64,000 nt of DNA from assembly GCA_963785235.1 (NCBI GenBank), contig CAWAUM010000005.1:416001-480000 (forward strand), given 5' to 3'. Shown here in pieces: positions 29,660 to 39,653 of this stretch. The DNA is from an uncultured delta proteobacterium. GTDB lineage: Bacteria; Desulfobacterota; Desulfomonilia; UBA1062. Position 1 is the first letter of the stretch, and each line of letters starts with the position of its first letter. The translations under genes were made by a program, and so were the position numbers. The notes below the pieces were generated by a model. The model made no database searches and was not told the origin of the DNA. It saw nothing but the letters and a program-made list of their open reading frames with translations.

Positions 29660-30187
29660 ATGGGATACTTCATGCCCCAACATAGAAACACACTGGTGTA
29701 TGGATCATTCCTTGCGGAAGGAATAGTCCGCAAGGAATTGGATTGGAATGTTGCAGGTGTGTACGACATCCAGACCCTGGCCGAATCCATGACGCATAAA
29801 TATAAAGGCGGTATCTTTGCCCAGCTCATGATTGTAAAGCCCGAAAAGGCTACCGCCCACCACCATTACCGGGTGTGTCTGCATGATTCTGAAATTTTAA
29901 GCTTTGTAGAAAAAAACCCCCAGGTTGACATGCTTTCTTTTATCACCTTCATCATGACGCATGAGCTTGTGCATATACAACGTTTCGCCACGGGTAAAGC
30001 CGACTTCTATGGAACCACGGGCGAAGAAGAGGTGGTGGTGGATACCCTGACCCGCCTCTTTCTTGCCAAGAACCCGGTGACCGGCCTGAAAAAGGTCCTC
30101 GCCGTCCTTGACAAAATGGAGGCAGCGCCACTATATAACGAACACATTGTGAACAATCAAGGGAGGTTTATCCGTGCCTATCTATGA
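29660..30187 (+). CDS. Hypothetical protein with HExxH motif
   Basis: THELVH followed by EEE; preceded by TTGCAA-17-TACTAT (29621-29649). Confidence 0.75.
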   Translation: MGYFMPQHRNTLVYGSFLAEGIVRKELDWNVAGVYDIQTLAESMTHKYKGGIFAQLMIVKPEKATAHHHYRVCLHDSEILSFVEKNPQVDMLSFITFIMTHELVHIQRFATGKADFYGTTGEEEVVVDTLTRLFLAKNPVTGLKKVLAVLDKMEAAPLYNEHIVNNQGRFIRAYL

Positions 30188-30449
30188 GTATAAGTGTTTG
30201 AAGTGCCTGAATGAATTCGAGGCAATGCAGAAGTTCAGCGACTCTCCGCTAAAGAAATGCCCGTCCTGTGGGGGGGGTGTCAAGAGGCTCATCTCCAGGT
30301 CTTCATTCCAATTAAAGGGATCCGGCTGGTACCTCACGGACTATGCCAAAAAGAGTTCACCCCAAGATTCTAATGAAAGTAAAAGCACTACAGAGACATC
30401 CTCTGGAGAAACCCCGTCTCCTGCTCCAACAACGAAAAGTGAAGACTAG
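30174..30449 (+). CDS. FmdB-family zinc-ribbon protein
   Basis: MPIYEYKCxxC...CPSCG...FQLKGSGWY. Confidence 0.93.
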   Translation: MPIYEYKCLKCLNEFEAMQKFSDSPLKKCPSCGGGVKRLISRSSFQLKGSGWYLTDYAKKSSPQDSNESKSTTETSSGETPSPAPTTKSED

Positions 30450-30458
30450 GTTCAATCC

Positions 30459-30935
30459 ATGGCCCTGACGCATCTTGATAAAAAGGGCCGTGTCACCATG
30501 GTGGACGTGGATGAAAAGATCGTAACAAGGCGTGTCGCCAAGGCCACAGGGACTATCAAGCTGAGCGCCACAGCCTTTAGCGCCGTTACAACCGATTCTG
30601 TCAAAAAGGGTAATGTCCTTGCCACTGCAAAGATCGCCGGTATCATGGCGGCAAAAAACACCTGTAACATTATACCCCTTTGTCATCCCCTACCCATTGA
30701 CCATATAGAGATCGAATTTCACCTCGATAAAAAAACATCGACCATTAAAGCGCAATCCACGGTGAAGGTATCAGGCAAGACCGGCGTGGAGATGGAGGCA
30801 CTGCATGCCGTAGGGGTGGCCTTGCTCACCATTTATGATATGGTGAAGGCTATTGACAAAACTATGGTCATTGGAGAAATTAGGCTTGAAGAGAAGTCTG
30901 GTGGCAGGAGCGGTACATATAAAAGGGCGTTATAA
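30459..30935 (+). CDS. moaC: Cyclic pyranopterin monophosphate synthase
   Basis: LTH, MVDV, IPLCHP, TGVEMEAL, IYDMVKA, KSGG. Confidence 0.98.
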   Translation: MALTHLDKKGRVTMVDVDEKIVTRRVAKATGTIKLSATAFSAVTTDSVKKGNVLATAKIAGIMAAKNTCNIIPLCHPLPIDHIEIEFHLDKKTSTIKAQSTVKVSGKTGVEMEALHAVGVALLTIYDMVKAIDKTMVIGEIRLEEKSGGRSGTYKRAL

Positions 30936-30941
30936 AAGCAT

Positions 30942-30970
30942 GGAGGGGCGGACATAAAATCCGCCCCTCC
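30942..30970. terminator. Hairpin terminator between moaC and the convergent OmpA gene
   Basis: GGAGGGGCGGA-cataaaa-TCCGCCCCTCC, perfect 11-bp stem. Confidence 0.75.
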
Positions 30971-31023
30971 CTATCTCGTTAACAAGTCAAGTCATTCAGT
31001 TCTGATAACTGGTCATTGATCCA

Positions 31024-31689
31024 TTACTGTGTCAGCGGGGTAAGCTGAATTTCTACGCGGCGGTTCTGGGAACGGCCTTCTGCTGTATCATTGCTCGCAA
31101 TAGGACGTGACTTACCGAAACCCTGGGTAACAACACGCCGTGAATCGATCCCCTGGGATGTCAGGTAGTTCCCCACACTGGCTGCCCTGCGCTCGGACAA
31201 AGGCTGGTTGATTGCATCGCTGCCCGTGCTGTCGGTATGGCCAGCGATATCGATGAGGGTCTTATCATACTCTTTCACTACAAGCGCCACCGAGCTAAGG
31301 ACATTGTAGAAATTTGCATTAATATCCGCGCTGTTGGTCTGGAAGGTTATATTGCCCGGCATGTTCAGGATAATATTTTCACCCTGCCTGGTAACACTTA
31401 CTCCCGATCCCTGGAGTTTCTGTCGGAGTTTGGTCTCCTGCTGATCCATATAGTACCCGACAGCGCCGCCTGAAAGGGCGCCTACACCTGCACCGATGAG
31501 CATCCCCTTGCGGCGATCCTTATGACCGGTTACTGCGGCGCCAACTGCTGCACCACCGACACCCCCGATTATGCTGCCCCAGGCGGTCTTGCTCATTTTC
31601 TGCTCACCCGTATAAGGATCGGTGGCGCAGCCTTGTGCTAAAAAGACCACTGCCAGGACGATGATTATGCCATATGAAAGATTATGCAT
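31024..31689 (-). CDS. OmpA-family lipoprotein with glycine zipper (YiaD-like)
   Basis: Lipobox AQGC, GG/GA zipper, GHTDSTG, LSERRA, NRRVEI. Confidence 0.93.
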   Translation of the reverse strand: MHNLSYGIIIVLAVVFLAQGCATDPYTGEQKMSKTAWGSIIGGVGGAAVGAAVTGHKDRRKGMLIGAGVGALSGGAVGYYMDQQETKLRQKLQGSGVSVTRQGENIILNMPGNITFQTNSADINANFYNVLSSVALVVKEYDKTLIDIAGHTDSTGSDAINQPLSERRAASVGNYLTSQGIDSRRVVTQGFGKSRPIASNDTAEGRSQNRRVEIQLTPLTQ

Positions 31690-31798
31690 TGTCTAGTCTC
31701 CTTTTTTCTTAATAGTTATCGGGTAATGATTATATCCAATTGTCAGTATTTCACCATGGTTATTTTATACATATCATAATTGGGTTTTCAAGTTGGTT

Positions 31799-32428
31799 TC
31801 AAGAAGTTTTCTGATTATTGAAAGGTTTGTGTTGTGATAGACTCAGTAGGGAGGCATCCACCTCTTTGATTATCCTTTCATATACCTGCTCCCGGCCGAG
31901 GCTTGTATCAATGATTCGATGGCGATGAGTGCAGGATATCCGGAGAAAGGCATCCCTGATCCTTAGATGATACTCCTGTCCCCTGTGTTCGAACCGGTCA
32001 GAAGGTTGTATCCTTGAAAGGCCCAGTTCAGGACTCACGTCCATTATAAAGGTGAGGTCCGGCTCGATCCACGTCCCGGTATAATCCATGATTGCTTTTA
32101 CCCTTTCATAGCCAAGCCCACCTACAATGCCCTGGTAGACCAGGGTGGAATCCACGAACCGGTCGATAATGATGATTGTCCCCTCTGCTAGGCCCGGTTC
32201 TATGATCCTGGAGATGTTCTGAACCCGGGAAGCAAGGATCAAGAGGAGCTCGGTCATGACATCCAGGTCCTGTTTCAGAAAAAGATCCCTTATCTCTTCA
32301 GAAAAAGAAGAGCCGCCGGGCTCTCTGAACGAAAGCCACGGCAGCCCTTTGCTTGTCAGGTAAGCGCCGAGAGAGGCAACATTGGTCGTCTTGCCTGCGC
32401 CCTCCCCTCCCTCAAAGCTTATGATCAC
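31799..32428 (-). CDS. tmk: Thymidylate kinase
   Basis: [32 protein letters not shown]. Confidence 0.96.
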   Translation of the reverse strand: MIISFEGGEGAGKTTNVASLGAYLTSKGLPWLSFREPGGSSFSEEIRDLFLKQDLDVMTELLLILASRVQNISRIIEPGLAEGTIIIIDRFVDSTLVYQGIVGGLGYERVKAIMDYTGTWIEPDLTFIMDVSPELGLSRIQPSDRFEHRGQEYHLRIRDAFLRISCTHRHRIIDTSLGREQVYERIIKEVDASLLSLSQHKPFNNQKTS

Positions 32429-35100
32429 TTCTTTTTCTTCTCGTCATTCATTGCTGCATGGGCTGCAGCTAGCCTGGCGATAGGCACACGATAAGGCGAG
32501 CAGCTTACATAATTCATGCCGGCCTTGTGGCAGAATTCAATGGATGAAGGTTCTCCACCATGCTCGCCGCATATTCCCACCTTAAGTTTTTTACGTGTCT
32601 TTCTGCCCTTTTCGATGCCGATGCGAACCAACTCGCCCACACCATCCTGGTCAAGGGCCTGGAACGGATCAATGGGCAGGATCTTTTTTTCAACATAATC
32701 AGGCAGGAACTTCCCTGCATCATCACGGGAAAGGCCAAAGGTGGTCTGGGTGAGATCGTTGGTGCCAAAAGAGAAAAACTCGGCATGCTCGGCGATCTTG
32801 TCGGCAGTGAGAGCCGCCCTGGGCAGTTCGATCATGGTGCCCACCATATAGCTGAGTTTAACATTATACGATTTGATAATCTCATCCGCAACCTGGACGG
32901 TCATGTTCTTCAGTATCTCCAGCTCTTTGACATGGCCTACAAGCGGGATCATGATCTCGGGCAGAACATCGATCTTTTCCTTTTTCACCTCACAGGCAGC
33001 CTCAATAATGGCCCTTACCTGCATCTCATATATCTCGGGGAAGGTTATACCGAGCCTGCAGCCCCTGTGCCCCAGCATTGGATTAGCTTCGTGGAGGGAA
33101 TCCCGCTTTGCCTTAACCTCATCAACCGGTTTTTTAAGTGCCTTGGCCACCTGGGCGATCTCGGCATCGGTATGCGGCAGGAACTCGTGCAGCGGCGGGT
33201 CAAGAAGCCGGATGGTGACCGGAAGGCCATCCATGACCCTGAAGATCTCTTTGAAGTCTCCCTTCTGCATGGGCTTGATCTTCTCGAGGGCCTTTCTGCG
33301 GCCTTTTTCGTCATTTGCCAGGATCATCTCGCGCACTGCCAGTATCCTGTCCTCCTCGAAGAACATATGCTCAGTGCGGCACAGACCGATACCCTCTGCG
33401 CCGAATTCTCTTGCCACCTTTGCGTCTTTGGGCGTGTCTGCATTGGTGCGGACCCCGAGCTTGCGGTATTCATCAGTCCACTTCATCAGCGTCCCGAAGG
33501 CACCCGAGAGCGAAGGCGGGATGGTCTTGCATTCACCTAAAATAACCTCTCCCTTGGTACCATCCAAAGAAATGACATCACCCTTCTTGACGCTCTGGCC
33601 ACCCAGGGTGAACTTCTGCTTGGCATAGTCCACGACCAGGTCCTGAACTCCGGATACACAGCATTTGCCCATACCGCGGGCAACAACAGCAGCATGTGAG
33701 GTCATGCCTCCGCGTGCCGTAAGGATGCCCTGGGCTACATTCATGCCGTGGATGTCTTCGGGTGAGGTCTCGACGCGGACCAGGATCACCTTCTTTCCCT
33801 TCTTCACCTCAACCTCGGCATCTTCCGCAGAGAAGACTACATTTCCTACGGCTGCGCCGGGTGAAGCAGGCAGACCCTTGCCTAGGATCTTCTTCTTGGC
33901 CTTGGGATCGATCTGCGGGTGCAGAAGCTGGTCGATCTGCTCAGGATTTACCCTCTGATGCACAGCCTCCTTTTTTGTAATGAGGCCCTCATTCACCATA
34001 TCAACAGCAATCTGTACGGCAGCGGCAGCAGTGCGTTTGCCGTTCCTGGTCTGGAGCATCCAGAGGTTCCCTTCCTGGACCGTGAACTCAATGTCCTGCA
34101 TGTCGCGATAATGCTTTTCCAGATTCTCATATATGTCCACGAGCTGATGGTACTGCTCGGACAGGGCCTCTTCCATGGATACGTCTGATTTGCTCCTCTT
34201 CCCCTTGATATTGATAGGCTGGGGAGTCCGTATACCGGCCACCACGTCCTCGCCCTGGGCGTTCTTCAGGTACTCTCCATAGAAAACATGTTCGCCTGTA
34301 GCCGGATCACGGGTGAATGCCACGCCTGTTGCAGAGCTTTCTCCCATATTGCCGAAAACCATGGCCTGGCAGTTCACGGCCGTGCCCCATTCATCAGGGA
34401 TGTTGTTAAGCTTACGGTATGTGATGGCGCGCGGTGTGTTCCATGACTTGAACACGGCTTCAATGCCGCCCCAGATCTGGTCCATGGGGTCTGAAGGAAG
34501 CTCCATGCCAGTGAGCTTTTTCACTTTTTCTTTCATGGTTTGAACAAGTTTTTTCAGGTCCTTGGCATCGAGTTCCGTATCGAGCCTTACCCCCTTTTTC
34601 TTTTTCATCTTTTCAAGCTCTTCTTCCAGCTCATCTGAGTCGGCACCCATGACCACGTCCGAGTACATCTGGATAAAGCGCCTGTAGCAATCCCATGCGA
34701 AACGTTCGTTGCCGCTCATCTTGATAAGGCCGTGAACGGTTTCGTCGTTGATGCCGAGGTTCAGCACGGTATCCATCATACCCGGCATGGATGCCCTGGC
34801 GCCTGAACGGACAGAAAACAACAGCGGGGCCTCTGTATCGCCAAAACCGAATCCCATTGACCTTTCAACCTTTTTAATGGCTTCCTTTACCTGGGTCTTT
34901 AAGTCTTTCGGAAGCCCATGCGTTTCGTAATACACAGTGCACATGTCGGTAGAAATCGTGAATCCTGGCGGAACAGGTATTCCAAGATTGGTCATTTCAG
35001 CGAGATTGGCCCCTTTTCCTCCAAGGACGGCCTTCATGTCAGCATTACCCTCAGCCTTGGTTCCCCTGCCCCCAAAGAGATAAACATACTTTTTTGCCAT
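32425..35100 (-). CDS. ppdK: Pyruvate, phosphate dikinase
   Basis: [62 protein letters not shown]. Confidence 0.98.
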   Translation of the reverse strand: MAKKYVYLFGGRGTKAEGNADMKAVLGGKGANLAEMTNLGIPVPPGFTISTDMCTVYYETHGLPKDLKTQVKEAIKKVERSMGFGFGDTEAPLLFSVRSGARASMPGMMDTVLNLGINDETVHGLIKMSGNERFAWDCYRRFIQMYSDVVMGADSDELEEELEKMKKKKGVRLDTELDAKDLKKLVQTMKEKVKKLTGMELPSDPMDQIWGGIEAVFKSWNTPRAITYRKLNNIPDEWGTAVNCQAMVFGNMGESSATGVAFTRDPATGEHVFYGEYLKNAQGEDVVAGIRTPQPINIKGKRSKSDVSMEEALSEQYHQLVDIYENLEKHYRDMQDIEFTVQEGNLWMLQTRNGKRTAAAAVQIAVDMVNEGLITKKEAVHQRVNPEQIDQLLHPQIDPKAKKKILGKGLPASPGAAVGNVVFSAEDAEVEVKKGKKVILVRVETSPEDIHGMNVAQGILTARGGMTSHAAVVARGMGKCCVSGVQDLVVDYAKQKFTLGGQSVKKGDVISLDGTKGEVILGECKTIPPSLSGAFGTLMKWTDEYRKLGVRTNADTPKDAKVAREFGAEGIGLCRTEHMFFEEDRILAVREMILANDEKGRRKALEKIKPMQKGDFKEIFRVMDGLPVTIRLLDPPLHEFLPHTDAEIAQVAKALKKPVDEVKAKRDSLHEANPMLGHRGCRLGITFPEIYEMQVRAIIEAACEVKKEKIDVLPEIMIPLVGHVKELEILKNMTVQVADEIIKSYNVKLSYMVGTMIELPRAALTADKIAEHAEFFSFGTNDLTQTTFGLSRDDAGKFLPDYVEKKILPIDPFQALDQDGVGELVRIGIEKGRKTRKKLKVGICGEHGGEPSSIEFCHKAGMNYVSCSPYRVPIARLAAAHAAMNDEKKKK

Positions 35101-35262
35101 GAGAAGTCTCCCTTTTCATCAGATACTGATATTCGGTTGAAGCTTGTAAACGATAGTATAAATAAAGAGTTCTGTTCAAGTGAAAAATGGTGTCCAAGGG
35201 CTTATTCTTTCAAGACCAGCGTAACTTTGAAGTCATATTCGTTTTACTACTTTTCTATGGAA

Positions 35263-36600
35263 TTAAGTACTCTTGAGTATCGACCTTGCTGCGATAATCC
35301 CGGAGCAGCTCGCCTGGATGAGGCCCCTGGTTATGCCTGCGCCATCGCCTATGATATAGAGGCCATGGATATGTGACATGAGGTTGCTGTCAAGCTTGGT
35401 TCTGTTGGAGTAGAACTTGACCTCGATACCATAGAGCAGGGTGTGTGCAGAGTTTACCCCCGGGGCCACACGATCCAGGCTCGAGAGCATCTCGGCTATG
35501 TCCGTCAGTATCCGATAGGGCAGGCAATAGCTCAGATCGCCGGGTGTGGCCTGCTTCAAGGTGGGTCTGGTTGAGCATTTTCCTAGCCTCTCCGGGGTAG
35601 TCCGCCTGCCGCCGAGAAGGTCTCCCAGCCTTTGCACGATTGCCCCCTTGCCGAGCATGTTGGCGAGCTTGGCCACTGATTCGCCATATCCGATGGGGTC
35701 GTCGAAAGGTTCTGTGAAATCGGCGCTCACAAGCAAGGCAAAGTTCGTGTTTTCCGTGCGCTTTGAAGCCCAGGAATGGCCGTTGACCGTAACGATATCA
35801 CCCAGGGTCTCGATAACTACCTCTCCATAGGGATTCATGCAAAAGGTCCGGACTTTATCATCGAAAGTACGGGAATAGTAGACGAATTTAGTCTCATAGG
35901 CCCTGCAGGTAAGATGTTCCATGATCACTGCAGGGAGCTCGACACGCACACCCAGGTCTACAGGGTTCGGGTGTGTTTCGAGTCCGAGACGCTTGGCCTG
36001 GTGAGACATCCAGGACGAACCCACCCGGCCTGGTGCTGCAATGACTTGGGGAGTTTTTATAATTGCTCCATCAGACAACCTCACTCCTATAACCTCAAGG
36101 TCATTCGTAAGGATTTCTTCAACATGTGTATTGAATATCATATCGACCTTGCCATCGAGGTAAAGCCTTAAGTTTTCAAGGGTGACCAACAGGTTTTCCG
36201 TGCCGATGTGCCTTATCTTTGTGGGGATATATACCAGGCCAGCAAGCCGGGCCTGTGCCGATATTTTCTCTGACTCATCATTCTCCAAGGCAAACAGGTC
36301 ACTTGAAGGCGCGTACCGGGTATACAGTTCGTCAACGTATTCGAGCATCTTGAAAAGTTCATCATCGGAGATGAAGTTTGAGAGCCGGCCCCCTACATCG
36401 GTTGATATGGTGAGCTTCCCATCGCTGTATGCCCCTGCCCCTCCCCATCCCACGAGCATCTCTTTGCCGGTTCTTGACCTTTTATGGATATCGTTGCCCT
36501 GCTCTATGATGACAATCTTCATCCCTGGATCCGTCTCTATAAGCTCGAGAGCTGCAAAAATACCGGCAGGCCCGGCACCGATAATGACAACATCAGCCAT
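35263..36600 (-). CDS. NAD(P)/FAD-dependent oxidoreductase (uncharacterised FAD-dependent dehydrogenase family)
   Basis: GAGPAG, GWGGAGAYSDGKL, RTFCMNP, GDGAGITRG. Confidence 0.9.
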   Translation of the reverse strand: MADVVIIGAGPAGIFAALELIETDPGMKIVIIEQGNDIHKRSRTGKEMLVGWGGAGAYSDGKLTISTDVGGRLSNFISDDELFKMLEYVDELYTRYAPSSDLFALENDESEKISAQARLAGLVYIPTKIRHIGTENLLVTLENLRLYLDGKVDMIFNTHVEEILTNDLEVIGVRLSDGAIIKTPQVIAAPGRVGSSWMSHQAKRLGLETHPNPVDLGVRVELPAVIMEHLTCRAYETKFVYYSRTFDDKVRTFCMNPYGEVVIETLGDIVTVNGHSWASKRTENTNFALLVSADFTEPFDDPIGYGESVAKLANMLGKGAIVQRLGDLLGGRRTTPERLGKCSTRPTLKQATPGDLSYCLPYRILTDIAEMLSSLDRVAPGVNSAHTLLYGIEVKFYSNRTKLDSNLMSHIHGLYIIGDGAGITRGLIQASCSGIIAARSILKST

Positions 36601-37678
36601 AGGTCTTCCTTCTTTTCATCATGAAAAAAATCCCGGCGGCCAGCATGACTATGTCAGTTGACCAGGCGGCTAATGCAGGGTTCATAAATCCGGAAATGCC
36701 TACATTTGTCATAGCGGAATGAATGGCCCAGTAGAACAGGCCAAGGATGATTCCTATGGATATGCCGCGTGCAATGCCCCCGGCCCTGGGAAACCTTAAC
36801 CCAAAGGGCAGGACGAGTATGGTCATAATAAGAGGGGCCATGGTGAAACTGATACGGCTGTGGAATTGGGTTTCAAGGCTCACTGATTTGATCCCGTCTT
36901 CCTGGAGGTGCGCCCGGTATTCCATCAACTCCAGAAGAGAGAGGACCTCCGGCTTTGGTTGAGCCATTGCCAGATCGCTTGGTTCCTGCTTAAGAGGCAA
37001 CGAGGAAACGGATTGTGAGAAGGAAATCCCGGACGTGGACATCCCTATGGTATCCAACATATTCGTATTCCATTGCCTGCCGTCCCAGGCTGCATAGTCA
37101 GATCTTAAGATTGCATAGAGCTTGCCGGACTTAGTCCTGTAACAGGAGACATTGCGCATGATGCCTTTCGAAATATCCAGGTGTTCAACATAATATATAT
37201 CGTTACCTACAATGAATCTCCCGCCATTTACAGAAAAAGACCCCGTGATGTCATGCTTTTTTATATATATATCCTCTATCTTATCTGCATGTTGCTGAGA
37301 TACTGGATATACTGAGAAGGAAAGGAAAGACATGATAAACACTGCCCCTAATCCTACTAAGATATAGGGTAGTGATAGTCTAAGGAATGAGACAGAGCAT
37401 GACTGCATGGCAATGGTCTCTACATGTCGAGAGAATTGGGCCTGTGTTGCAACAATGCCGACGCATATGGAAAAAGGAAGTACATAATAGATCATTCGAG
37501 GAAGTGAGAAAAAAAGATATTGCATAATTATCGACCCGGAGGCGTTGTGTTGGGAAAAGGAGTTCAAATTTCCGAAGATTGTTGAGAGAAAAACAAGCAG
37601 AGTCAGACTCAAGCACGCTGCACCACACATGGATGATGCCTTTTTTAAAATATAATTACTAAGTGTACTAATAATCAG
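36593..37678 (-). CDS. lptG: LPS export ABC transporter permease LptG (probable non-ATG start)
   Basis: LptF/G topology, ETIAMQSCSVS, C-terminal PALAAW. The frame is open upstream of ATG 37630 as (L)IISTLSNYILKK back to CTG 37678. Confidence 0.8.
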   Translation of the reverse strand: MIISTLSNYILKKASSMCGAACLSLTLLVFLSTIFGNLNSFSQHNASGSIIMQYLFFSLPRMIYYVLPFSICVGIVATQAQFSRHVETIAMQSCSVSFLRLSLPYILVGLGAVFIMSFLSFSVYPVSQQHADKIEDIYIKKHDITGSFSVNGGRFIVGNDIYYVEHLDISKGIMRNVSCYRTKSGKLYAILRSDYAAWDGRQWNTNMLDTIGMSTSGISFSQSVSSLPLKQEPSDLAMAQPKPEVLSLLELMEYRAHLQEDGIKSVSLETQFHSRISFTMAPLIMTILVLPFGLRFPRAGGIARGISIGIILGLFYWAIHSAMTNVGISGFMNPALAAWSTDIVMLAAGIFFMMKRRKTYG

Positions 37679-38730
37679 ATCCCTCCCTCGCTTAACCGCA
37701 GCTTTCTAGCAAGCAGGACAGTGCATAGCAGTAAACAAAAAACTATATCAGGAAGCCATGCCCCCAGGAGTGGAGCCATAACATGAGCCCTGACCAATCT
37801 ATCTGCTACGGTAAACAGAAAATAATAGCCTACGATGGTGCCGATGCCTATGATGAAACCGGTATGTCTGGGTGATCGGGGCCTGACAATGCCAAAACTG
37901 ATCCCGACAAAACCTAGGATCAAGTCCAATACAGGAAAAGAGATTCGATTATAGTATTCCTTTATCCTTTGGGGGTCCGGTTTTTCCTTTATGAGTTTTC
38001 TGAACTCGGCCTGGGTGGCTGAATCGTAGGATTTTATCCTGAGTTTCTTTGTAAAGTCGGCATCGAGAGAGAACCTGTATTCATCAAACGTCAGATAACG
38101 GTCTGCAATCTTTGTTTTCATAAAAATACTTCCCTTTTTCAGCTTCATGATGATGGAGTTCTTATTCACCTCAATGGTTCCTCTTTCTGAGGTTATCACA
38201 GATCTTTCGTTACCGGATGTCTCGATGAACACGTTCTTGAATTCCTTCTCCTTTGGGTTTACCGACTCCACATATACAATCAGACCCTTGAATGAGTCAT
38301 CAAACTCGCGTTCTTTCAAGAAGGAAAATATCTTTTGCGAAGCACTCTGCAAAAGCCTTGTTTGTACTGTTTTCATAGCCATAGGACCGAGGTTTGTGGA
38401 AATGAGCATATGGAGAAGCATGGCGGAAAAAGACAATAAAATAACAGGTAAGTATATGGTAAGTGACTTCACGCCGCATGCTTTCATTGCTATGATCTCG
38501 GATTCTACCGATAACTTTTCAAGGACAATCAAGATAGTGAAGAGAAGCCCCATGGGAATCACAAAAGACGACAAGGGAACCATTGCAAGCAGCAGCACAT
38601 CCATATCACTTATACTAAGGGCCTTGCCCAACGTAATCCATTGAATGATCAGCATCACGCCGAACAAGACAGCGATCGTGGCGCCAAAGACCTCAACCAG
38701 AGATAGAAAGATGTATCTTTTAATCCGCAT
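37675..38730 (-). CDS. lptF: LPS export ABC transporter permease LptF
   Basis: MRIKRYI, LSVESEIIAMKACG, PLLGAWLPD; tandem with an lptG-like gene. Confidence 0.85.
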   Translation of the reverse strand: MRIKRYIFLSLVEVFGATIAVLFGVMLIIQWITLGKALSISDMDVLLLAMVPLSSFVIPMGLLFTILIVLEKLSVESEIIAMKACGVKSLTIYLPVILLSFSAMLLHMLISTNLGPMAMKTVQTRLLQSASQKIFSFLKEREFDDSFKGLIVYVESVNPKEKEFKNVFIETSGNERSVITSERGTIEVNKNSIIMKLKKGSIFMKTKIADRYLTFDEYRFSLDADFTKKLRIKSYDSATQAEFRKLIKEKPDPQRIKEYYNRISFPVLDLILGFVGISFGIVRPRSPRHTGFIIGIGTIVGYYFLFTVADRLVRAHVMAPLLGAWLPDIVFCLLLCTVLLARKLRLSEGGI

Positions 38731-38852
38731 AACTCTTTTAAGATTATACGCATGGATGACAACGGTTGTCTACAACAGCAGATCAAGACAGTACTTGCGT
38801 CATGCCCAAAAGATTGACACCATGGGAAGAAAATTGTATGGTCTTTTCACAA

Positions 38853-39650
38853 ATGAAGAGATTTTTTAGCCTTTTTATCGTTATTCCCTTGTTTCTTATT
38901 GCTGGAGGGTGTGCATACCGACATACAACCCAAGAGTACACAGACCTTCAATCTGAACTGGATGCCGGCAAGAAACTCTATGCGACATGTGAGTCTGACA
39001 AAAAACGTCTGGATAAGGAGCTTGATGAAGCCCGCAGAAATCTTGAAAAGGCATCAACAGACATCACTTCGGGTTATTCCAATAAGCAGGAACTCCTTGA
39101 TAAAAACATCACTTGTATGGAGGAAAATAAGGCCCTCCTCAAACAGATTTCACGGTTAAAGATCCTGCTTCAGGAAAAGAAGGATGCCCAGGGGAGGCTG
39201 GAGCGCGCAAATAATTATCTTACAAGTTTTTTTGCAGCAGAGCGCATGAATGACCATCTCTATATTGTTAAGGCAGAAGATGCAGTGAAGATTATCATTC
39301 CCCAGAAGGTCCTCTTTCCTACTCCTTTCAGTGCCTGGCTGATGCCCAAGGGGGTATCCATTATTAAGAAGATTGCTAAAGGGCTCGATGAATTCAAACC
39401 CATGTATGTCGAGGTTGCCGGTCACACGGATAAAACGGCCATACCGAAGCAGTCATTAAAGACGTATCCCACACAATGGGACCTTTCACATGCCCGGGCT
39501 GTTTCAGTTCTACTTGTGCTTGAGAGTCTGGGCATTAAAAAAGATAAGCTTTCAGTTATTTCCTATGGAGACACCCGGCCAATAGCTGATCCCGATACTG
39601 AGGAAGGCAAGGCCATGAACCGAAGGGTGGAGATCATTGTTACACCCTGA
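38853..39650 (+). CDS. OmpA/MotB-family peptidoglycan-binding lipoprotein with coiled coil
   Basis: MKRFF...IAGGC lipobox, heptad-rich middle, GHTD, WDLSHARA, NRRVEI. Confidence 0.88.
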   Translation: MKRFFSLFIVIPLFLIAGGCAYRHTTQEYTDLQSELDAGKKLYATCESDKKRLDKELDEARRNLEKASTDITSGYSNKQELLDKNITCMEENKALLKQISRLKILLQEKKDAQGRLERANNYLTSFFAAERMNDHLYIVKAEDAVKIIIPQKVLFPTPFSAWLMPKGVSIIKKIAKGLDEFKPMYVEVAGHTDKTAIPKQSLKTYPTQWDLSHARAVSVLLVLESLGIKKDKLSVISYGDTRPIADPDTEEGKAMNRRVEIIVTP

Positions 39651-39653
39651 TTC

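Noticed and set aside
32560-33628. Long antisense ORFs (326 aa and 251 aa) opposite ppdK
   Set aside because: They lie wholly within a highly conserved gene, have no recognisable motifs and are expected shadows of biased codon usage.
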